64,000 bases of DNA from an uncultured Christensenella sp. (lineage in GTDB: Bacteria; Bacillota; Clostridia; Christensenellales; UBA3700), in NCBI GenBank assembly GCA_910578245.1, contig CAJTPC010000001.1, positions 91,603-155,602 on the forward strand. Direction: 5' to 3'. Shown in pieces: positions 28,512 through 38,587 of the stretch. Both the position numbers and the translations under genes were made by a program. How positions within the stretch are numbered: position 1 is the stretch's first letter; each line of letters begins with the position of its first letter. The notes beneath the pieces are model-generated. The model saw only the letters and a program-made list of their open reading frames with translations. It did not search any database and was not told where the DNA came from.

Positions 28512-28979
28512 TTAATTATTTTTGATTTGGCTTTTGATTTCCTTAAATTTAACGAGCAGACTTTTCTCTTCGTCGCTCAAGTTTTTCTTTCTCAACAATG
28601 GATATATATCTACTAAAAAATAAACTATATCGTCATATGCGTCAGTTTGGGTACAGATATCAATGAACTGACATTTTTTAGATTTGGGATTAGATGCTAA
28701 AAATTTTCTTACTTTCTTTAACGTATCTTGTTCTTCGTCGCTACCAAGCTCTTTTATTTCAACCAAATTAGTCAAAATATAATTTACTACGTTCTTCTTA
28801 CCGGCTAATTCATTTTCCGTAATATAATTAAATAATCTCAAAACTTTTCTGTTAATCAAATCAAAATTTCGCGTGTCATAATAATCTATGAATTTATACA
28901 TAGTCGGTCTGGAAATCTGTAAATAATCTGCCAATTCGGTTATTCTTAAGTCAATTTCTTTTAATCTTTCTTTCAACAT
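28512..28979 (-). CDS. HTH-domain protein co-transcribed with the OLD-family nuclease
   Basis: N-terminal ITELADYLQISRPTMYKFIDYY helix-turn-helix. 21-nt gap to the nuclease gene. Confidence 0.6.
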   Translation of the reverse strand: MLKERLKEIDLRITELADYLQISRPTMYKFIDYYDTRNFDLINRKVLRLFNYITENELAGKKNVVNYILTNLVEIKELGSDEEQDTLKKVRKFLASNPKSKKCQFIDICTQTDAYDDIVYFLVDIYPLLRKKNLSDEEKSLLVKFKEIKSQIKNN

Positions 28980-29006
28980 TTTCGCCTCACAAGATAAATA
29001 TAAGTC

Positions 29007-29048
29007 ATTTTACATATTTTGTAAAGCGAATTTTACATATTTTGTAAA
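29007..29048. promoter_or_regulatory. Two tandem 19-bp palindromic operator-like repeats upstream of the HTH gene
   Basis: ATTTTACATATTTTGTAAA occurs at 29007-29025 and again at 29030-29048. Each contains TTTACA-N5-TGTAAA dyad symmetry. Confidence 0.55.
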
Positions 29049-29070
29049 ATTTTTTGGAAAAATTCTAATT

Positions 29071-29937
29071 TTACGTAAATACAGCCATACAAATAGTACC
29101 TGCCGACAATAAGGCAAGACCTATCCACGCTTTTACAGATAGTTTTTCATTGAGGAAAATTAACGAAAAGATTACGGTGACGAGTATGCTCATTTTATCA
29201 ATAGGAACTACTATACTCACTTGTCCTTTTTGAATTGCGTAATAATAACAGAACCAATTAGCGGTGGTGGTAATACCCGAAAGTATCAAGAAGAAAATCT
29301 CTTTGCCTTTCAATTCCTTAATATACTTCGTTTCCCTTTTGCAAAATACGATTAGCCAAGCCATAACTAAAATAACGCACGTTCTTAAAGCTGTCGCTGC
29401 ATTTGAATCAACGTCTTGAGTTCCTATTTTTCCAAGTAAAGACGTCGCCGTAGAAAACACTGCCGAAAGCAAAGCAAATATTAGCCAAGCAATTTTTCTT
29501 TTGCCGTCATCGCGTTTAATATCCGTCATAAGCGCAGTACCTATTATTATGACCACAAGACAGATAAGTTTTATCCACCAAAGGGAACGCTCGTCCGGAA
29601 AGATTATAATTGCAAGCAAAACCGATAACGCTACGCTGGATTTATCTACAGCGGCGACCTTTGACGCGTCGCCTATTGACAAAGCCTTAAAATAACATAT
29701 CCAGCAAGCGCCCGTGGAAATCCCCGATAGAATAATTGATATCAGCGCATTTGCGCTCATAGTTGCAATGGCTTTATACGCGCCCATAGCAAATACGATT
29801 ATCCAAGAACAGACAAAGATAACGGAAATACGCAAGGCAATTACTACGTCAGAATTGGCTTTTTCATTACCGCCTTTAGACAGCACTGCCGTCAGTCCTG
29901 CAAATAAAGCAGATAATACAGCTACAACAATCCACAT
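29071..29937 (-). CDS. EamA/DMT-family transporter
   Basis: 288 aa with ~10 TM segments in two halves, typical of EamA repeat proteins. Confidence 0.8.
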   Translation of the reverse strand: MWIVVAVLSALFAGLTAVLSKGGNEKANSDVVIALRISVIFVCSWIIVFAMGAYKAIATMSANALISIILSGISTGACWICYFKALSIGDASKVAAVDKSSVALSVLLAIIIFPDERSLWWIKLICLVVIIIGTALMTDIKRDDGKRKIAWLIFALLSAVFSTATSLLGKIGTQDVDSNAATALRTCVILVMAWLIVFCKRETKYIKELKGKEIFFLILSGITTTANWFCYYYAIQKGQVSIVVPIDKMSILVTVIFSLIFLNEKLSVKAWIGLALLSAGTICMAVFT

Positions 29938-30010
29938 AACGCGCCTCCCGATATCGTTGCTAATAGTATATCATATGCGTAATGAAATGTATATTTTTAA
30001 GACGAAGAAT

Positions 30011-30040
30011 TTATAAAGACCTGCAATATTGCAGGTCTTT
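30011..30040 (-). terminator. Terminator after the surface-protein operon
   Basis: AAAGACCTGCAA, loop TA, TTGCAGGTCTTT: a perfect 12-bp stem. T-rich on the minus strand. Confidence 0.65.
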
Positions 30041-30079
30041 ACTTAGTTTAATAAAGCTCAGTCCATATTATTTGACTAT

Positions 30080-31672
30080 CTAGTCTTCCTTAGTAGTTTT
30101 CTCCTCAATTTCTTGCGATTTTGTCGGGTCTTCCGTGAGCTTCTCTACGATGCCGCCATATCCGGTCTTGCCGTTAAACTTAACTACTTTTTTGACAAGT
30201 TGACGCTCGATAAGATTTAGAGTCGTGTCATACGGCTGATTGTAATCTACCCACTCGCGTTCGATGCGCTCAGCGCCCATATTTTCCATAACCTGCGCAA
30301 TCAAATCCTTAGCGTAATTCAATCGACGCTCGTTCTTAATTCTATAAAGACAAGGAGTGTCTGCGCTCGACACAATATGAGATACGTCCTCAACCTTGTA
30401 CTTGGTATCTTCATACTGGGTTGGATCAAGCGGGAGCTGAATACATAGCGTTTTGCCTCTTATGACAAATCGAGCAACGCATACTCTTCCAAAACGATAA
30501 CTTTCACGCTTCCAACTCATTCTATCTTTTACCTTCTTGTATGACAAAAGCTCATTCTTCAATTCGGTATACCAAGAGTTAGATACCTCGTCAATCTGAA
30601 TAAGTTTTGCCGTAAAACTCTTATTGAAGCGAATAACGTTGTGACCGTCAAACATTACTTCCTCTTCATCCTCGTCTTCGTCCTCTGCGTTTACTGCGAC
30701 AACTTCCGCCTCTTCCACCGTTACAGGTATAGCCTCAAAAGTTGCGCTGATAAACGCGTCTGCATTGATTACAAATTCGTGAAAGTCATTGCCAACGTCT
30801 TGCTCCTCGCCGTTTACGACCAAATGAGATAGATAATATCCCTCGTCCGCAACTACGCCGACTCTGACGATATCTCCCTCAACAAACTCAACTTGCTCCT
30901 CGCCGTTTTCATTTGTCACTAAAATAACGCCGTTCTTGCTTGGTTCAACCGTAACGCTATACCTTACAGCAGGTTTCGGCAAGAACTCTACGTTTATCTT
31001 TACAGGCGCAGTTACTACGAATTCGTATACGCCCTCTACAAGTTCTTTCTCTTCATCGTCAATAGCAAAGTAAGCGAGGTAGTATCCATCGTCCGCAACC
31101 GTCGATATTCTGACAATCTCCCCTTCAACGAATTGATTCTTTTCTTCGCCTAAAGCGTTTGTCAAAGTAACTCTGCCTCCGACCCCGTTGAATTGCTCAT
31201 CGAAAGTAAACGTCTGAGGCGCGTTCGCAAAGTCGGGTTCAAACTCTGCCTTTACGACTGTATTTGCAGAAATGATAAACTCATACACGCCCTCGCAGAG
31301 CTTTTTATCCGCATTATCAACCTTAAATCGCGCAACTACGTTATCGTCTACCTCTATAGAAATATTAGTAAGAAGATAGCCCTCGTTAGCTTTAACGACA
31401 ACCTTAACAGTTTCGCTCGGTTTGAATATAGACTTCTCTACGTCGTTTTCGTCTTTTAAGGTTATCTTACCCAATGAATTATCAAAATCTGCGATGACTG
31501 TCCACGCATTGAGTTGAGACTTAACCTCGTTCTTTCTCTTTACTCCCAAGATAAATATTGTTGCCAGTACTGCAAGTAAAATTATCAAAACTATCAATAC
31601 CGCCATTAAGACAATGAGAGTAGTTTGACTGATTTCAACTGCAAGCAATGCATTATTCATTAACGCTGTCAT
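30080..31672 (-). CDS. Membrane-anchored repeat protein (530 aa), unknown function
   Basis: N-terminal TM. Three ~85-aa tandem domains share EGVYEF(V/I)... and GEIVR/GDIVR, followed by an acidic linker (EDEDEDEEE). Overlaps the giant gene by 20 nt. Confidence 0.55.
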   Translation of the reverse strand: MTALMNNALLAVEISQTTLIVLMAVLIVLIILLAVLATIFILGVKRKNEVKSQLNAWTVIADFDNSLGKITLKDENDVEKSIFKPSETVKVVVKANEGYLLTNISIEVDDNVVARFKVDNADKKLCEGVYEFIISANTVVKAEFEPDFANAPQTFTFDEQFNGVGGRVTLTNALGEEKNQFVEGEIVRISTVADDGYYLAYFAIDDEEKELVEGVYEFVVTAPVKINVEFLPKPAVRYSVTVEPSKNGVILVTNENGEEQVEFVEGDIVRVGVVADEGYYLSHLVVNGEEQDVGNDFHEFVINADAFISATFEAIPVTVEEAEVVAVNAEDEDEDEEEVMFDGHNVIRFNKSFTAKLIQIDEVSNSWYTELKNELLSYKKVKDRMSWKRESYRFGRVCVARFVIRGKTLCIQLPLDPTQYEDTKYKVEDVSHIVSSADTPCLYRIKNERRLNYAKDLIAQVMENMGAERIEREWVDYNQPYDTTLNLIERQLVKKVVKFNGKTGYGGIVEKLTEDPTKSQEIEEKTTKED

Positions 31673-34600
31673 TCTTTCTATACCTCCTTACTACTGCGCT
31701 TATGACCACTATTGTAAATATCGAAGCTAGCGTTGCCAATGCGATATCTATATAGACAAGCAAGTCGCTTGACATTGCCGACGTCGCTCTTTCGTATATC
31801 TCGAAGAATACGTTTGCGATTAAGGCATTGTAACCTTCAGACGCTCCTACGCTTGCAACGAGGATATACTGTCCTACTTCTTCCGGCGGATTTTCTCCGT
31901 CAGTGGAAATCGCCTCTCCCGTTGGGATCCATTTATTGAGCGCTTCGCTCCAAGTCGCCTTGTAATACGTCCATGTAACGTTGCCGTACGCCGATTCTCC
32001 TTCAGGCAGGCACTTATCCGAACCGAATACCCAGCTTTGAATTGTCGGTTGCGTCTTCCAGTAGTTGTACTTTGAATTGGATACGCGAAGTACGAACTGA
32101 GCGGAGAGTGGAGCGTAGTAATCGTTGCCCTCTACGTCGGCTTGTACGATATACACGCCGGCGTCGGCAATTTCGTCTTTACCCCATCCGTCAAATGCGG
32201 AGTTTTCTACGACTTGATACTTACCGTTCTTAAATATCGGCTCACCGTTGGCGTCAAGTACCGCCTTGTAGTAGGTATACTTGATTTTATCTCCGAAGAT
32301 TGCGCTACCCGTAGGCGCATTTGTTGGGCTGCCGTACGTCCAATCTACTATGTCGGGCGTCATAACCCACTTGTTTTCTGCGTGTTTGATTACAAACTCG
32401 CTCTCGTTATTCTTATCGAGCTTATTGTAATCTTCGAGTTCAGGATAGTACGCTAAGAGATGATAAGTAGCAGGTTTTAGATTCTTAAGAACGTCCGACA
32501 CCTTTGCTATATCTGTGAAGTAGCCTTGATTGTCTACCAATCCGCTAAACTCGCTGATTTCACCGTAAGCGCTATCCACTATCTTGAAGTGTACGGAAAG
32601 CCCGTCTTTAGTATTGAGAGGAATTGCTTTAAGTCCTGCCGTCTTAGCATCGAACGAACCCCATGCCCAACTGTCTATACTTGGTTTTTGCAACCATAGG
32701 TTGTCTGCCTTGGTTACTACAAAGGTACTTGTCGTAGTCTTACCGCCGAGATAATTGCCGTCAACATCCGGAGTAATCGCCCAAACCACTTCATAGCTGC
32801 CCGCGTGAAGCGCGGTAAGCACATCGTTAAGACCGTTAGTATTTACGGTAGTTATCAATTCGCGTTTGCTATCCGTAGTAATATATACGCTTGCCGTAAT
32901 ATCTCCAAACTGCGCGGTAGGCGCGCTCCAGTATCCTCTAAAATCCGAATACGCGTAGCCCTTAATATAGCAATCCTTTGAAGTAAATTCGTTTTCGTTG
33001 GGAATGACGGTAAACGGTAGCACCGATTCTATTCCCAAAAACCTTCCTTGTTCGTCTTGAGGTACGCTAACCTTAATTAGGTATTTTCCTATGGAAAGGT
33101 TGTTGATTGCATCTAGCGTAGCAAGCGTAATACCGTCTATTGCCGAGCATTTGCTCTCGTCCAGTATATACTTATTGTTGAGATCGTCATACTCAAAATC
33201 GCAACCGTCATCGAGTTTATATACCGTTGCGCTTATATCATTATGGTGGTATTGCGCCGAAGGTATTTGCCAATAGGCAAGCGTAAAGGTTTTCCACTGC
33301 CATTGACTGTCGGTTGCAGTAATTGCCGGCTTGATTATCCAACCGTTGACGTTAACCGATACTTGGAACGTGAGGTCGTCTTTATTCTCACCCTCGATTT
33401 CATAATTATCGTTTTCGTCAGCTGTCCATACAAGACGATAATTGCCGACTTCAAGTTCTGCAAGTTGAGCGCTGAGATACTCTGCAGAGATTTTTTCGAT
33501 TATATGTTCTCCGTCGGTACCGTCGCTATTCAACTTGATTACCGTAGCGTTAGGACTTCCTGACGCAAGTCCCGGCGCTTTCCACAAACTACTGTCAAAT
33601 GCGCCCCACTGCCAGCCGTCTATATACGGTTTGTCACCCGTCCAAGAGTTAACGCCGCGATTTATAATAAATTCAATTGCTTTGGGATAGTCGATCTCTT
33701 CAAAGTTGCCGGTAGAGTTGGGATCTGTAGCCGACCACTCGATTCTATAACGCCCAACGTCAAGACGGTCTAGCGTATTGGCTATACTAATATGATTGGA
33801 AACACCGTCGACTATAAGCGTTGGATTATTCCACGTAGAATCGTATTTAGTTATTTTTGCAACTACAAGTCCATACTTAGCCACAGGAACGGTAAAGTAA
33901 TCCACTCCCGCGTCTTTGCCGTATTCTCCCCACGTCCAACCGAACTCTATGCCCGAAATTTCTTTCTTATCGTTTTCGCGCATAGTTGCCGGCTTGTCAT
34001 CGTCCCATTTATTTGCGTTGACTTTTACTTCAAAGTCGATATATTCGCGCGTTATGGATTCATAGTTGGTATCTCCTACTACCGTCCAAATAATATAGTA
34101 GAAACCTGCGTCAAGCGAATTCATTACTATATCCAACGAATATAGCGCTATATTACTGCGAATCAACTCGCCGCCTACGCCGTTCTTGCCTCTATATATC
34201 GTAGCTTGCGATGTCCCGTATTTAGGCGCAGGCTCTTTCCATACCGGCGCTCCGCCCGAAATATCGTTGTTATATTCACCCCAAGTCCAATCATTGATAA
34301 ACGCCGTATTATCTTTATCGCCGTCTTTCCAACCGTTCTTGTTTTTAATTATCGAAAACTTTCGCGTTTCGTCTAAGCCTTCATAGTTGGAAGTCCCTTC
34401 TACGAAGAAACGAATGTTATGCTCTCCAACGTCAAGTCTTGAGAGGTTATTGGAAACCGATAACGACGCAACTGCATTGTCGTCAATAAATATCGTGACT
34501 TCGCCAAACTTTGTTGCGACTTCTCTCCAAAGCGTAGCATCGTAACCGTTCCACTCCCACTGCGTAACGTTGTTGACAATTGCCGGAGATTTGCCGTCTT

Positions 34601-37600
34601 CGTATCCGTTATGCGCCTTATTTACAGTCAATATAATAGGATTAAGCGCCAGTTCTTTATAATTCGCCGAAGAAGAAAGCGTGATATATAATTTGTATTC
34701 GCCTACGTCAAGCGCTTTGAGTTTGGAATAAAAAGAGTCCAAAGCAATCAGATTGTTGTTGACTTCTCTTCCCAAAACCCAAGACAAAATAGCCATACGG
34801 TCTTCTTCATCGCTACCGCTGATAGCGCGAGTAACGACATATTGAATATTCATATTCCCTTCTTCGTTGACAGGCGCGCCCATGATGATGTCATCAAGCA
34901 TTAATTGCGAATAATCCCAAGAGTTGTTTTTGATTGACGGCGTAGTCTTAAAACTGTTGTCTGCCATATTGACGCGGAAAAACAAATCAACCGACATTCC
35001 TCTATAATACTCATCGGATCCCACCGTAATTTTGACAAAGTAACTGCCGGTGTTTGTCGGACAATCGTTCAAAAGCGAGCCAATGACATATTGACCGGTG
35101 TCATCATCTAGCATAGCAACGTAATAATCAATGCTGATTTTGCTATCGTCAACTTCATGGATAAGACTAATACTGTCTTTATCAAAAGCGTGCTCCGTCT
35201 TGTCGTAAGTCCAATCGTTCATATCGGGAGCCTCGCCTTTCCAAGCATTTTGACCTAGATATACCCAGAATGCTCTAGAACCGTATTGAGCGGAATAGTT
35301 GTCACTGCCTATAGTCGTCCACCATACGGTATACTGACTTCCTATCTCCGTACTGGAAAGTTGAGAAATCTTTTCTAATAGTTCGTCATACGTCAATGAT
35401 TGACCGTAACTAATAATATCGTCAGACGTCTGAGTATCGCTCAATCCGTCTACGTATTTACCGCCTTGAGAAATACGGTAACCTACCTTTTTACTGTCAA
35501 AGCGAGCTGTATATTGAGATATTAAGCCCTCTGTACTTGTACCTATAGTATAAGCTCCGACCGCGAACGTATCGCTGAGCGTATTCGCCGCTTTGATGAC
35601 CATAATCTTACGCTGGTCGTCAATTGCGAGATAGTTTATACCGCCTCTATCGTTGCGTTGAGCCTCGTCACCGTGTACTTTAAGCATATAAGAGCCCACG
35701 CCAAGCATACCTAAAAGTTCTTCGTAGGTATATGCCGAACCTGACGCAGCTACCTTAAAATCAGTAATGCCTTCAAGTCTTACGCCCTCAATTTCCACAA
35801 CGTTTGTTGTGTCGTCATAATAAACAGAATATTTAAGTTGAGTTTCATACTTGGCTTCGCCTATATGGAGATGATGTCCAAGTTCAAATTCCGAATACGC
35901 CCAGTCCGTTGCAATGATCGTATCTGACCATACGTTATTGGCAGACGCAATGGTAAACGGAACTGCTCCTTTAACAAAGGAATCTACCGCATTGTTAAGA
36001 CCTGTATAGTTATTATGATCATAGACTGTAGCAACCAAATAGTACTGACCGGCAGGAAGCGATGCAAGTTTTTTGGCTACGTCTATAGGCAAAATGAAAT
36101 GCCCTCCGTCTTTTGGATCAACTCCGTTTGTCAAGAAATCTCCGTTGATATCTCTTTCAAATTGGAAGTGGAAGTCGTCGCCGAAATATACCACGTTGTA
36201 CATATCGTCGCCGGTTGCGTCTTCATTGATAGAATAGATACGGAAATCGAATCTTCCTGAACCTGACTTGCTCTCCGTAGAAGTAGAATAGTAGGTCGGC
36301 ACTGCATGTATCTCAATAGGACTTCCCAAACTCCAATCGTAATTTTCATACTGATTCCAACTCCAAGACGTAATACTCGGCGACTTATACCATGTGTTGA
36401 CTGCCTTAGAAATTGTTACGGTAAGAGTTTGTTCAAACTCATTCCAATTGCCGTCCTTATCCGCCGGACAATATGCGTGAAGCGTATATACGCCTGCCGG
36501 CGCAATGCCGAACTTGTCAATATCCGAAACGGTTTCTCTATCATCGTTGTCTCCGCTTCTTACCGGCACAAGCGTAAAAGTAAAATCTTCTTTTTCATTA
36601 CCGAATTGAGTTTCCCAAACGATATTGTCCAACGTAATCTCGCTATTCCAAGACCATCCCGCCATATACAGCGGTACTGTAGTCTTGTTGTTGGCGGCAA
36701 CTATATTGTACGGTATTTCAATGATATTGCCTGTCTCCGCAGTTGCGCCTGTCTGCCAACGGTAAAGTTGGAAATCTCTGTCTGCTATTGTAAGAATAGC
36801 CTTCTTCTCACCGTTGTTCACGTTGTCTTGAGCAGACGGATAAGATACAGTATAGTACGATTGCTCAAAAGCTAATTCGCCGTTGAGATAACTCACCGTC
36901 GGATAGATATCGTATCCTGTGTAAGTAATATCGTTTACCGTCGGCGTAGTCAGCGTCCTATAGACGACTACGTAGAAGAAACACTGTCTGCGCGCGTCAT
37001 CGTTTTCATTGACGAGCGATTTGCGATTCTTGCACGTAAGCTGATAGTATACTGTATATACGTCGGGCGTATTCATAGGATAATTGACTTGAAGTTCAGA
37101 TAGATTCAAATACGAATTATTCCACATACGGTTGAGGTTGTACGTAATTGAAAAATGTCTGTCAAAAAGAGCGTCATACCCCTTCTCTCTCCATATTCCC
37201 ATACGTTGGGTATTCCCCACCGTTTCATCATTTAAGCCCAACATATCTCGAAGTTTATCCGTAGAATCCAACTTGCTTAGATCAAACAAAACTTTGTTTT
37301 TATTATAAGCGTTTGACACGTCAGTCATATCGTATTCAAAGGTCTTACCCTTTAGTTGATTTATTGCGCTGTTCTCTTCCGTTGCAAACTCTTTTTCATA
37401 TACGGTAAAAGAAAAACTTTGTTGGAAAGTATCGAATTTCGTATTATCATCGTTCTTAAAATCAACCGAATAAATAATTCTATAATTTCCTACGGGCAAC
37501 GAACTGTTTATATACTGTGCGTATTTGTCAATTGTGATAGGATCTCCATTCTCATCTGTAGAAAGTATCAAAATACCGCTGCCGCCGACGATGTATTGAG

Positions 37601-38543
37601 AAGTCAATTCCAGACTAAACGTTATATGAACGTCGGTTCCCAGCGCTACTGCCGGCGCGCTTGGCACGTCAACCGTACCGAATTCCCAAGAAGACGCCAT
37701 ATGATAAGACGGAGCGTCATTATTTCCTTCGTTACCTTGGGTCGTGAGCCAGTTGTTAAGTTTGACGATATACCAAGTTTTGTTGATTGTTGCTATAGAC
37801 TGATCAGAGTTAGAATATCCGTAAAACTGACGCGATGAATCGTTCGTCACAGCAAATCTATAATTGTTTTTTGCTTTTTCAGTCAACTCAACAGTAAATT
37901 GATCTGTATATTGTCCCGATTCACTCCTTGCAGTGCCGGGGAAAGAACACGTGAATATGCCGGTATTACTATCGTGCGCGTCAAGGATTACATCGGTAAC
38001 AAGCGTAAGCCTGAACTTCATTTCTTCGCCTTCTGCGCGAACGAAACTGTTCCAAAGTCCGTCTCTTTGCTCTATCAACTCGCCTAACGTATCATCGGTT
38101 TGTTTATCCGTATACCAAGAATTCTTGTATTTATAAAGCGACGTTCCTTGCTCCCCTGCGATTTCCTTGCCGGGACGGAGATTGTTGAGAGTTAAGCCGT
38201 CTGTTACGCCCAAACGGAAAATACTTGAATCACCCAAATCTATTTCGGTTTTGTTTACCGTAACGGTCATTGTAGGTATATCGCCGACATCCCATTCGCC
38301 AAAGTCTTCGTTGGGTTGGATTTGTATAGTATACGTGCCTGCCTCTTGTATAATCGAGCCTATAGAACTATAACTTTTCTCGATGCCGTTGCTGTCTACG
38401 TAACGCGTTACTTTTACGTCATAGTCGCCTTTTATTGCCAAAGGAATTCCCGTAATTTCCGTTTCGTCCGCTTGTAGCGACCTGTCCTTATACTCTCTGG
38501 TCTTATTCTCAAGAGCGACGGAAATAATTTTTTTAGCGTACAT
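31653..38543 (-). CDS. Giant tandem-repeat protein (2,296 aa) with a C-terminal TM anchor
   Basis: A single uninterrupted 6.9-kb ORF. At least 13 repeats of ~100-110 aa each carry N-x-W...P-x-I-x-x-W-x-(W/Y)-G, for example NTWYKSPSITSWSWNQ and DNLWLQKPSIDSWAWGS. C-terminal IALATLASIFTIVVISAVV followed by RRYRK. Confidence 0.75.
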   Translation of the reverse strand: MYAKKIISVALENKTREYKDRSLQADETEITGIPLAIKGDYDVKVTRYVDSNGIEKSYSSIGSIIQEAGTYTIQIQPNEDFGEWDVGDIPTMTVTVNKTEIDLGDSSIFRLGVTDGLTLNNLRPGKEIAGEQGTSLYKYKNSWYTDKQTDDTLGELIEQRDGLWNSFVRAEGEEMKFRLTLVTDVILDAHDSNTGIFTCSFPGTARSESGQYTDQFTVELTEKAKNNYRFAVTNDSSRQFYGYSNSDQSIATINKTWYIVKLNNWLTTQGNEGNNDAPSYHMASSWEFGTVDVPSAPAVALGTDVHITFSLELTSQYIVGGSGILILSTDENGDPITIDKYAQYINSSLPVGNYRIIYSVDFKNDDNTKFDTFQQSFSFTVYEKEFATEENSAINQLKGKTFEYDMTDVSNAYNKNKVLFDLSKLDSTDKLRDMLGLNDETVGNTQRMGIWREKGYDALFDRHFSITYNLNRMWNNSYLNLSELQVNYPMNTPDVYTVYYQLTCKNRKSLVNENDDARRQCFFYVVVYRTLTTPTVNDITYTGYDIYPTVSYLNGELAFEQSYYTVSYPSAQDNVNNGEKKAILTIADRDFQLYRWQTGATAETGNIIEIPYNIVAANNKTTVPLYMAGWSWNSEITLDNIVWETQFGNEKEDFTFTLVPVRSGDNDDRETVSDIDKFGIAPAGVYTLHAYCPADKDGNWNEFEQTLTVTISKAVNTWYKSPSITSWSWNQYENYDWSLGSPIEIHAVPTYYSTSTESKSGSGRFDFRIYSINEDATGDDMYNVVYFGDDFHFQFERDINGDFLTNGVDPKDGGHFILPIDVAKKLASLPAGQYYLVATVYDHNNYTGLNNAVDSFVKGAVPFTIASANNVWSDTIIATDWAYSEFELGHHLHIGEAKYETQLKYSVYYDDTTNVVEIEGVRLEGITDFKVAASGSAYTYEELLGMLGVGSYMLKVHGDEAQRNDRGGINYLAIDDQRKIMVIKAANTLSDTFAVGAYTIGTSTEGLISQYTARFDSKKVGYRISQGGKYVDGLSDTQTSDDIISYGQSLTYDELLEKISQLSSTEIGSQYTVWWTTIGSDNYSAQYGSRAFWVYLGQNAWKGEAPDMNDWTYDKTEHAFDKDSISLIHEVDDSKISIDYYVAMLDDDTGQYVIGSLLNDCPTNTGSYFVKITVGSDEYYRGMSVDLFFRVNMADNSFKTTPSIKNNSWDYSQLMLDDIIMGAPVNEEGNMNIQYVVTRAISGSDEEDRMAILSWVLGREVNNNLIALDSFYSKLKALDVGEYKLYITLSSSANYKELALNPIILTVNKAHNGYEDGKSPAIVNNVTQWEWNGYDATLWREVATKFGEVTIFIDDNAVASLSVSNNLSRLDVGEHNIRFFVEGTSNYEGLDETRKFSIIKNKNGWKDGDKDNTAFINDWTWGEYNNDISGGAPVWKEPAPKYGTSQATIYRGKNGVGGELIRSNIALYSLDIVMNSLDAGFYYIIWTVVGDTNYESITREYIDFEVKVNANKWDDDKPATMRENDKKEISGIEFGWTWGEYGKDAGVDYFTVPVAKYGLVVAKITKYDSTWNNPTLIVDGVSNHISIANTLDRLDVGRYRIEWSATDPNSTGNFEEIDYPKAIEFIINRGVNSWTGDKPYIDGWQWGAFDSSLWKAPGLASGSPNATVIKLNSDGTDGEHIIEKISAEYLSAQLAELEVGNYRLVWTADENDNYEIEGENKDDLTFQVSVNVNGWIIKPAITATDSQWQWKTFTLAYWQIPSAQYHHNDISATVYKLDDGCDFEYDDLNNKYILDESKCSAIDGITLATLDAINNLSIGKYLIKVSVPQDEQGRFLGIESVLPFTVIPNENEFTSKDCYIKGYAYSDFRGYWSAPTAQFGDITASVYITTDSKRELITTVNTNGLNDVLTALHAGSYEVVWAITPDVDGNYLGGKTTTSTFVVTKADNLWLQKPSIDSWAWGSFDAKTAGLKAIPLNTKDGLSVHFKIVDSAYGEISEFSGLVDNQGYFTDIAKVSDVLKNLKPATYHLLAYYPELEDYNKLDKNNESEFVIKHAENKWVMTPDIVDWTYGSPTNAPTGSAIFGDKIKYTYYKAVLDANGEPIFKNGKYQVVENSAFDGWGKDEIADAGVYIVQADVEGNDYYAPLSAQFVLRVSNSKYNYWKTQPTIQSWVFGSDKCLPEGESAYGNVTWTYYKATWSEALNKWIPTGEAISTDGENPPEEVGQYILVASVGASEGYNALIANVFFEIYERATSAMSSDLLVYIDIALATLASIFTIVVISAVVRRYRKNDSVNE

Positions 38544-38587
38544 GTTTATTACGTCGATTCCCTTGCTCGATGCATTGCGAAGCGATG

